Position numbers and translations under genes: made by a program
In this document: in pieces, positions 55,401-61,931 of the stretch
How positions within the stretch are numbered: the first letter of the stretch is position 1
Layout of the letters: the number at the start of each line of letters is the position of its first letter
The notes under the pieces: model-generated
Databases searched by the model: none
Told to the model about the DNA's origin: nothing
Seen by the model: the letters and a program-made list of their open reading frames with translations, nothing else
Origin: a virus
Taxonomy: Duplodnaviria > Caudoviricetes
Direction: 5' to 3' (one strand)
Length of the DNA: 61,931 nucleotides
IMG/VR virus record: IMGVR_UViG_3300008267_000131
Coordinates: 1-61,931 of that record

Positions 55401-55753
55401 AAATCAGCACAGGAAAATACGTTGACCAATTCGCCATCGGTATAACGTGGTTACGCTACCCAAACGTAACGTGGTCAATCATCTTTGACCTTGGTCTATG
55501 GTACGTAGAAGTATCAAATGATTTCAAAGAAACAGATGAATGGATTCCATACTTCACAGAGAACGCTATCGTATGCGACAGATGCGGCTCTCCAAATGAC
55601 GTAAGCCCTCATTTCAACGACAAACAAGAATTGGAATTGGTATGTGCCGAGTGTATACGCTATGAAGACTACATGAATAGCTTAACCAATGTCAAGCCAA
55701 AGGCTGACAAAAAGAAAAGCAAAGTAAAATCAAAGGTTGACAAGAAATCATGA
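55397..55753 (+). CDS. Hypothetical zinc-ribbon protein (118 aa)
   Basis: CDRC...CAEC; Lys-rich tail. Confidence 0.6.
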   Translation: MKISTGKYVDQFAIGITWLRYPNVTWSIIFDLGLWYVEVSNDFKETDEWIPYFTENAIVCDRCGSPNDVSPHFNDKQELELVCAECIRYEDYMNSLTNVKPKADKKKSKVKSKVDKKS

Positions 55754-56055
55754 CAAAAGAAGAACAAAGCATTTACTTGGAGCGAGTTCTCGTAAAGTTG
55801 ATTATCACCATGCAGGTACAGCTTGAGCTATTTGATGAACTACAGCTAACAAAAGCATATCGGCACAACATTAAAAAGTCTACCAACATGCTGTCCAAAG
55901 ACCTCGAGGAATATCTCCGAGAGATGTATGGATACATGAACATGGACAAGGAGAAGGAGGAGTCTTTTCTAGCCATCAAGCGTGGTGTAGAAATGATGCT
56001 AAAACGCACCGTAGATGAACTTTACGATGATGGGTTTGAACCTATTAATGAGTAA
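55750..56055 (+). CDS. Hypothetical protein (101 aa)
   Basis: Coupled ORF. Confidence 0.65.
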   Translation: MTKEEQSIYLERVLVKLIITMQVQLELFDELQLTKAYRHNIKKSTNMLSKDLEEYLREMYGYMNMDKEKEESFLAIKRGVEMMLKRTVDELYDDGFEPINE

Positions 56056-56079
56056 ATTTGTACGCTAATTTTTACTGCC

Positions 56080-56337
56080 ATGAAGAACCACACCAAAGTT
56101 TATCTAACCGAAATGGGATACGACACAACCGATTTCATTTCATGCGAGGTGTGTGGCAAAAAGGCAGTAGACATTCATCACATTCAGCCACGGGGCATGG
56201 GCGGCAGCAAGCTTCTTGACACCGTAGACAACCTTATGGCGCTATGCAGAGAGTGCCATCACGAAGCGGACTTCGGAACCAAATTACCCAAAGAATCATT
56301 AATGGCTATCCACACAATGCGCATGGCCGGACTATAA
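56080..56337 (+). CDS. Small HNH endonuclease (85 aa)
   Basis: CEVCG...DIHHI..RGMGG...NLMALCRECH; -7 box TAAATTTG at 56053-56060. Confidence 0.85.
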   Translation: MKNHTKVYLTEMGYDTTDFISCEVCGKKAVDIHHIQPRGMGGSKLLDTVDNLMALCRECHHEADFGTKLPKESLMAIHTMRMAGL

Positions 56338-56342
56338 ATTTT

Positions 56343-56648
56343 ATGAGCAAAGTTGTTTATCGAAGCACCAGCGGACGTGAGGTGTTCTTCGAAAAGGTTG
56401 ATGACGAGACCATCCTCATGACCAATGTCCCAAAAGCCAACCTGAAAACACATGATAGGTGTGGCAGAATTATACTACCAAGCGTAGTTAAAATCAATTT
56501 TCCTGGTGGCCCATACCTTACCCAGCACATGAAAATGTCGCTGATAAGTCCTGAGTTCGCCAATATGTACGCAGATATCATAATCTCCAGAAGTAAAAAA
56601 ATCGGCAGCGGTTGGTATATCGTCTGCTACAAACGCTATCCAAAATGA
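56343..56648 (+). CDS. Hypothetical protein (101 aa; start revised), possible distant paralogue of 54677-54937
   Basis: SGREVFFEK...INFPGGPYL. Confidence 0.55.
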   Translation: MSKVVYRSTSGREVFFEKVDDETILMTNVPKANLKTHDRCGRIILPSVVKINFPGGPYLTQHMKMSLISPEFANMYADIIISRSKKIGSGWYIVCYKRYPK

Positions 56649-57655
56649 TTACAAACAAATCCTTACCCAAACACATCAAGGCGGTAGACACATCCAAAAT
56701 GTCCCGCAAAGAATGGGAGCAGTTCCGTGGAACGCTCACTACACTTGGAGGCTCAGATGTTGGTACATGCATCGGCCTCAACAGGTGGAAGTCTAATATC
56801 GAACTATTCTATGAGAAGCTTAAGCTATACAAGCGTGAGTTTCATGATAGCATACCTATGATGATGGGTCGTGAGCTTGAGGCTTCAATCCGAAAACTTA
56901 TTGCCTACTATGACATCGAGAACCCAGATGCATTCTTAGACAACTACCACGCTGGGAAGAAGGTCAACTTAATCCGTCAGCGTCATGCCACGTTCTTTAA
57001 CGATAACGTACCTGAGCTTCATGCAAACATTGATGGTCTAATCAAAATCAAAGGGCGTGATGATTGGGGTGTTGCAGAGATTAAGTACCAAAGCGGTCAG
57101 TCTACCCGTGTTTGGGAGAACGGAATCAACCCGTCGTACATCGCTCAGAGCATGGCATACATGGAGGTTCTTGAACTGGATTACGCTGTGCTTGTCCTTA
57201 TCGAGGATGCTAACCAGTGGAACGTGCACGTTATTGAGCGCAATGATGAATTGTGGGCTCAGTTCTATCCGACCATTAAGGATTTCGTTGAACGCTTATC
57301 TATGGCGAAGTCAATGATTGAAGATTCTGTCGATGAGTCGGAAAAATTCCAACAAGCATCCACGTTCGAGCCTACGGCTTACACGGAGCAAGCCAAGCCC
57401 TATGAATCTTTTCTCTCCGACTACGCTAAGACAAGAGACAATGAACTCGTAGTGGAAGGCGATGAAGAGACTTTGCTTATCGCCAAGGACATCGTTGAGC
57501 GAAGCGAGGAGTTAAAGGGGCTGGAAGAGCAGCTTAGACACCGTAAGAACCTTGTTAGGAAGTACATGCTCGACAATCAAGCTCAAGTTATTACCTTTGG
57601 TGACGCCGGTAACATAACCTATCGGAGCCAATTAAGATTCAACATCAAATTATGA
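56645..57655 (+). CDS. YqaJ-like viral exonuclease (336 aa; start revised)
   Basis: EW..FR...LGGSDV..IG.N.W, G.ELE, ANIDG, EIK, Y.AQ...YM. Confidence 0.9.
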   Translation: MITNKSLPKHIKAVDTSKMSRKEWEQFRGTLTTLGGSDVGTCIGLNRWKSNIELFYEKLKLYKREFHDSIPMMMGRELEASIRKLIAYYDIENPDAFLDNYHAGKKVNLIRQRHATFFNDNVPELHANIDGLIKIKGRDDWGVAEIKYQSGQSTRVWENGINPSYIAQSMAYMEVLELDYAVLVLIEDANQWNVHVIERNDELWAQFYPTIKDFVERLSMAKSMIEDSVDESEKFQQASTFEPTAYTEQAKPYESFLSDYAKTRDNELVVEGDEETLLIAKDIVERSEELKGLEEQLRHRKNLVRKYMLDNQAQVITFGDAGNITYRSQLRFNIKL

Positions 57656-57960
57656 AAGACGTAAAATTTGCAGCAGAGGGCGTGTTTGTCGGCAAAGTAA
57701 ACACCACCTCAATCGGTTCTGGAGCCGGTAAAGGAATTGTTCTTGTAGACTTTGTAATCAATAACAGCATCCAAGATAACCGTGGAGTTGTCAAGGAGCA
57801 GCCGCTCAAGATTACGGCCTACAATAAAAACGCAGCGCTGTTGGATGCAATCAAGATTGGTGACACGGTAGTTGTTAATGGGTACGTTCGTGGGAAGTAC
57901 AACGATGGTAAGGACGAGTATTGGACTAACCTCGTGATGCAAACTATCCGCATCCTGTAA
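57652..57960 (+). CDS. OB-fold SSB-like protein (DUF3127-like, 102 aa)
   Basis: DFVI...LD.IKIGD.V.V.G.VRG...YWTNL. Confidence 0.7.
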   Translation: MKDVKFAAEGVFVGKVNTTSIGSGAGKGIVLVDFVINNSIQDNRGVVKEQPLKITAYNKNAALLDAIKIGDTVVVNGYVRGKYNDGKDEYWTNLVMQTIRIL

Positions 57961-58073
57961 AAAAGAAGAGGGGCCGTAGCCCCTCATCTCCCCTTAATCA
58001 ATCATTAAACACCAACCAAAGTGTCCAACTATGACCACAAATATATGGAATAATTCCATCTAAACAAAGTTGT

Positions 58074-58886
58074 ATGAGCAGTATTTTAGAAAAAGTTGTT
58101 TTAGATGAGCGTTTGTCGCTCAAAGCCAAGGGGTTATTTGTGCTTTTGTACACCTCAGGCACCAACACTAGGAGGGCAATTTCAATGTCAAAGGATGGGC
58201 GTGACGCACATTACGCTGCCTTTGCGGAGTTGAGAGAGCTTGACTACATTCAGCACCTACCATGTACGGAAAATCCGGACATGCCATCGAGTGAGTGTAC
58301 GGATAATCCGGACACAAGTGCCGTTTCATGTACGGAAAATCCGGAAATTGCACCCGAGTTTCCGGAAAATCCGGACACATCAGAAAAATTGGTCTCCCCC
58401 CTTGACAATCCCCCCTCCCCAAAAGAGAAAGAAAAGACTACTACAAGTAGTAGTCCAAAAGAAAGAGAAAAGGGGTTCAGAGCGCCAAAGGTCGAAGAGG
58501 TCATGGTGTACATGACCGAACGTGGATGGAAGGGTGCCAAAACCCAAGCCGAGGCATTCATCGATTTCTATTCATCCAAAGGCTGGATGATTGGGAAGAA
58601 CAAGATGAAAGACTGGAAGGCCGCTGTCCGCACTTGGGAGCGCCACGGAGATGTTGAACGTATCGAGACACAACAAGACCCACGGGTTGCAAGATTGTTC
58701 GAGATAGACTGGGATTCGCAGCCAGATGAACGAGTCGTGAAAGCATCAGTCTATTGCGTTGCCAACAGAGTTAACCCTCCAAAGGCGCTTGTCAAGCGGT
58801 ACTTCAACAACCTCAAGCTTGACCACGAATTCAAAGCGGCATGCAAAGAGCAAGGACTTGAACCAAAAATGCTTGCTGCCAAATGA
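58074..58886 (+). CDS. Replication initiator / replisome organiser (270 aa)
   Basis: N-terminal D.RLSLKAKGL wHTH, iteron-encoded linker (CTENPD repeats), C-terminal F..P..EEV...FIDFY.SKGW..GK..MKDWKAAVRTWE; coupled to a helicase. Confidence 0.85.
   Translation: MSSILEKVVLDERLSLKAKGLFVLLYTSGTNTRRAISMSKDGRDAHYAAFAELRELDYIQHLPCTENPDMPSSECTDNPDTSAVSCTENPEIAPEFPENPDTSEKLVSPLDNPPSPKEKEKTTTSSSPKEREKGFRAPKVEEVMVYMTERGWKGAKTQAEAFIDFYSSKGWMIGKNKMKDWKAAVRTWERHGDVERIETQQDPRVARLFEIDWDSQPDERVVKASVYCVANRVNPPKALVKRYFNNLKLDHEFKAACKEQGLEPKMLAAK
58263..58377 (+). repeat. Four 19-bp iterons within the initiator gene (array A, lambda-like origin)
   Basis: Copies start at 58263, 58296, 58329 and 58359; consensus TKTMCGGAWAATCCGGAMA; followed by purine-rich tracts and palindrome GACTACTAC-AA-GTAGTAGTC (58436-58455). 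Confidence 0.92.
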
Positions 58887-59842
58887 AAGACGAGCGTTTT
58901 GTAAACATGGACGAGCACCTTCGCACAATCGACCTGAAGCGCAAGGGTAGACTCAAGATGGGTATGGGTATTGGCGTAGATGTTTTCGACCGCCATATCC
59001 AATTTAAGAAGGGCGAGATGACTGTGATAGCCGGACACGCCAACGCAGGGAAGACCACCGTGATTCTTTGGTACATGCTGGTCAACGCTGTGAAGAACAA
59101 CGTCAAGTGGCTCGTATACTCATCTGAGAACGATGCCTGGATTTTGATAGACAAGCTCATTGCCATGAAGCTCCAGCAGCACACCGAGGATGTTAGCGAC
59201 ATGGACTTCTACAAGGCAAGGGATTTCGTAGTCGGTCACTTCCGGTTTATCGACGACACCCGTAGCTACACAGCATACGAGTTGTTAGACATCGCACGGT
59301 CAGTGAAAGATGAATGGGATTATCAGGCACTACTCTTAGACCCATACAACTCCATTTCCAAAGACAGAAAGCTGTACGCAGAACTTGGAGGACACGAGTA
59401 CGATTACCGAGTGCTTGGCGACATCCGAATCTTCTGCAAGCAGACATCGATATCGGTATACATCAACGCTCATGGCGTAACAGAGGCACTGAGAAAGGTA
59501 CACACCAAAGGAGATGAGTACCTTGGATATGAACTCGATGGTCATCCTAGGCCATTGGCACAGGCAGACATTGAGGGCGGTTCTAAGTTCTCGTCTAGGG
59601 CGGACAACTTCTGGTGCGTGCATCGCTACACAAGACACGAAAGTCTATACAACTACACACTGATTCACGTCAACAAGGTCAAGGTAACGGAGACCGGAGG
59701 GTCACCTACGTTCTTCAATGACCCGGTTAGACTTCAGATGCGTATGGGCGGTACGTTCTTGATATCAGATAGATACGACCCTCTTGGCCAAACTGGCCGC
59801 ACAGAGGAAGTCATTAATACTAACGATGACGACGTATTCTGA
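58883..59842 (+). CDS. DnaB/SF4 replicative helicase (319 aa)
   Basis: Walker A GHANAGKT, YSSEN, LLDPYN, AH, IEGG..F..RADN...VHR. Confidence 0.88.
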   Translation: MKDERFVNMDEHLRTIDLKRKGRLKMGMGIGVDVFDRHIQFKKGEMTVIAGHANAGKTTVILWYMLVNAVKNNVKWLVYSSENDAWILIDKLIAMKLQQHTEDVSDMDFYKARDFVVGHFRFIDDTRSYTAYELLDIARSVKDEWDYQALLLDPYNSISKDRKLYAELGGHEYDYRVLGDIRIFCKQTSISVYINAHGVTEALRKVHTKGDEYLGYELDGHPRPLAQADIEGGSKFSSRADNFWCVHRYTRHESLYNYTLIHVNKVKVTETGGSPTFFNDPVRLQMRMGGTFLISDRYDPLGQTGRTEEVINTNDDDVF

Positions 59843-60138
59843 TGGATAGAGCAAACGAACTGTTGCTTTTAGCGCAACTGTTAGAGCTTGGACAAGCTCA
59901 AGAATGGGTTGCCGAATGGGCATCAAAGGCCAAAGGCGAAAGCCAAGATAGACTTATCACCTTACTACAAATTTTATCAAGAACTCAATCATCATTAGAA
60001 ACACTTAGATATGAAATATCCACACTCCAACAACAGGTCAACTCCGACCGAGCAAGAATTACGGCAGCAACTGAGGCTGAAAGAAGCGCTCGAGAAGAAG
60101 CAACTTCTCTTCGAAGAAGCATCGAAGAAGCACTCTGA
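59842..60138 (+). CDS. Coiled-coil hypothetical protein (98 aa)
   Basis: TGATG coupling with the helicase gene. Confidence 0.6.
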   Translation: MDRANELLLLAQLLELGQAQEWVAEWASKAKGESQDRLITLLQILSRTQSSLETLRYEISTLQQQVNSDRARITAATEAERSAREEATSLRRSIEEAL

Positions 60139-60148
60139 GTATACCAAA

Positions 60149-60382
60149 GTGAAGATTTATCATAAGGGTGGATTCTTTCTTGTTGGAGAGCACCTACTCA
60201 CCGCCAAAGGAAAGTTTCAGATTCTAGACATTGATGGTGCGTTCAATGAATCAACGAACAAAAGAGATTGGCTCCTCACGCTCGAGAACTTCGAGAGCTT
60301 TGTGAGGATGACCATTTGGTACAGCGACCTGCTACAACGCTACGAGGCAGGAGAAGCTGTGTTAATCACGTTTAAATCGTAG
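60149..60382 (+). CDS. Hypothetical protein (~77 aa; GTG start inferred)
   Basis: Non-overlapping part of track ORF 60011-60382. Confidence 0.5.
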   Translation: MKIYHKGGFFLVGEHLLTAKGKFQILDIDGAFNESTNKRDWLLTLENFESFVRMTIWYSDLLQRYEAGEAVLITFKS

Positions 60383-60411
60383 TTTTGTTTAATTACTAAT
60401 TTTTCTTTAAA

Positions 60412-60660
60412 ATGGAACAATACAAAAAATTGGTTGTCGCTTCAGGAAAGTACACCGTTAATGGCGAGGAGAAGACTCGCTGGATTGAGATTGGCCGAGT
60501 GCTTAAGGCACCGACCGGTTTCAAGATTAAGCTTGACAGCATCCCTGTCGAGTGGAACGGATGGGCCGAAATGGTAGACATCGAGCGTAAAGACGGAGCT
60601 GCTAAGCCAGCACCTAAGAAGACGCAAGTAGTAGCTGGCGACGACGACCTTCCTTTCTAA
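60412..60660 (+). CDS. Small SSB-like protein with acidic DDDLPF tail (82 aa)
   Basis: G.EKTRW..IG...IKLD.IP..WNGW; SSB-type C-terminus; -7 box at 60380-60387. Confidence 0.75.
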   Translation: MEQYKKLVVASGKYTVNGEEKTRWIEIGRVLKAPTGFKIKLDSIPVEWNGWAEMVDIERKDGAAKPAPKKTQVVAGDDDLPF

Positions 60661-61062
60661 GTGAAACACGAAGAGTCTAGACTCCAGCGTTCCTGCGTGG
60701 CTTGGTTCAGGCTGCAATATGCAGATAAAGCATATTGCTTGTTTGCCATACCAAACGGGGGACGCAGAGATAAGATTACTGCTGCCATAATGAAAGGGGA
60801 AGGCGTACTCGCAGGAGTCGCCGACCTCTTCCTTATGGTGCCAAATAAGTCATACCACGGTCTATGGATTGAGATGAAGACCCCAAAGGGAAGGTCTTCT
60901 GATTCGCAAAAGTTGTTCGAGTCCCTATCTAAAACCCAAGGATATGAATACAGAATCGCAAGAACTTTGGATGAATTCCAGTTCATCGTCAATGATTACC
61001 TTTGTACAAACTCGAAAGGAAATGTCGTACTACACGAACATGAATATTCGGGAGCAGATTGA
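60661..61062 (+). CDS. VRR-NUC family nuclease (133 aa)
   Basis: E..LQ..CV.WF, FAIPNGG.R, EGV.AGVADL, IEMK..KGR.S..Q. Confidence 0.9.
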   Translation: MKHEESRLQRSCVAWFRLQYADKAYCLFAIPNGGRRDKITAAIMKGEGVLAGVADLFLMVPNKSYHGLWIEMKTPKGRSSDSQKLFESLSKTQGYEYRIARTLDEFQFIVNDYLCTNSKGNVVLHEHEYSGAD

Positions 61063-61222
61063 CAACGTACTGAAGGACAATGCGATTATGTTCGCAAACC
61101 TTGGGTTAGGGTCTAGCAAGGCTGAGGTCGAGCGTGCCAAGATTATGGAACGCAAGAACCTTAGACAAGTTCGAAACCTAGACACTACGTTCGTTGATGC
61201 GCTCCTTACGGCCTGCGACTGA
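61022..61222 (+). CDS. Hypothetical protein (66 aa; start revised)
   Basis: -7 box TACCTTTG at 60997-61004 precedes ATG 61022. Confidence 0.55.
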   Translation: MSYYTNMNIREQIDNVLKDNAIMFANLGLGSSKAEVERAKIMERKNLRQVRNLDTTFVDALLTACD

Positions 61223-61318
61223 TAATCAGTCGGATACAAGCCAAGAGCCGCCCAAAGAGGGGGAAGGGAATCATTCCCCCAATTCAAACTGGATTTTTAT
61301 TTACTGGGACACCTAATT

Positions 61319-61741
61319 ATGGATTTTAACAGCGACTTCCGATACGACCTTGCTTTGGGTCAACTCGGCGAATCATTTGTTGCACAACTATTTCAAAGCA
61401 AGACAGTTGAGGTCAAATTCGACTTCGGCACTCACCGCACAGGAAACTTCTACATTGAGTATGAGTCTCGTGGAGTGCCGTCGGGACTAGCCACCACGCA
61501 GGCCGATTATTGGATGCTGATAGCAGCATCAGAGAAAGGATGTAGACACAAGGAAGAACTCGGCACACTCGAGCATGATGACGTCATGTACTGCATCTTC
61601 ATGCCCGTAGAAGAGCTCAAGATTAAGTGCCGTAAAAACTACTACAGAAAAGACGTACCCGGAGGAGATGATAACACCTCCCTCGGGGTACTCATAAAAG
61701 TTGAGAGTCTATTTCTCGGAACAACCCAGCGGTTTAGATAG
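61319..61741 (+). CDS. PD-(D/E)XK nuclease-like protein (140 aa)
   Basis: DL..G..GE, VEVK.D...TGN..IEY..RG.PSGL.TT.ADYW, GGD..TS.G.L. Confidence 0.75.
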   Translation: MDFNSDFRYDLALGQLGESFVAQLFQSKTVEVKFDFGTHRTGNFYIEYESRGVPSGLATTQADYWMLIAASEKGCRHKEELGTLEHDDVMYCIFMPVEELKIKCRKNYYRKDVPGGDDNTSLGVLIKVESLFLGTTQRFR

Positions 61742-61750
61742 TCACTATCA

Positions 61751-61930
61751 TCACTCGCCTCGGTACTCCATAAACTTCTCCTCCGTCTTCTCGGATATAA
61801 CCGTTTCTCCGGACAGCTGTTGGTATCTGAGAATTTGCTGTAGTGTCTTCCTCAGTGTTTCTTGGCCATCCTTCTCAAGAATTTGAGTCAGTATCTCTGC
61901 TCTCTTCTCTGGAGTGTTGGCACGGACAAC
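61751..61930 (-). CDS. 3' end of a gene entering from the right edge, probably the C-terminus of the giant protein
   Basis: Open frame VVRANTPEKRAEILTQILEKDG...FMEYRGE ending in TGA TGA TAG TGA. Confidence 0.65.
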   Translation of the reverse strand, partial: VVRANTPEKRAEILTQILEKDGQETLRKTLQQILRYQQLSGETVISEKTEEKFMEYRGE

Positions 61931-61931
61931 T

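Overview
The window looks like a nearly complete (~62 kb) genome of a tailed dsDNA phage with podovirus-type gene order. The host is probably a Bacteroidota, judging by repeated TAnnTTTG (-7 box) promoters and AT-rich, SD-less start regions. Minus strand 1-39.5 kb is the virion module: terminase, portal, scaffold, major capsid, tail fibres, adaptor/ring and nozzle proteins, ejection proteins, and a >3345-aa polyvalent protein missed by the ORF track, with zincin, JAB/RadC and LPD38-like regions. 39.5-43.0 kb holds small basic proteins, an M15 endolysin and a u-spanin-like lipoprotein. 42.9-44.7 kb (minus) has a winged-helix gene, tRNA-Arg(UCU) and a GroES-like gene. 44.7-45.4 kb is non-coding and is the probable genome end. 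Plus strand 45.4-61.7 kb carries early genes, a MoxR-AAA/VWA-like pair, and recombination and lambda-style replication genes. I recognised no DNA polymerase, RNA polymerase, integrase, reverse transcriptase or CRISPR array. Most notable: (1) a ~6.6-kb leading segment with no AGCT or CTAG sites that encodes an Ocr-like DNA mimic; (2) the same four-iteron array present twice, inverted, 14.5 kb apart; (3) a free-standing 34-aa peptide resembling the redox C-terminal tail of ribonucleotide reductase; (4) a GTCTA operator-like motif overlapping late promoters. All family calls come from reading motifs by eye; no database search was run.
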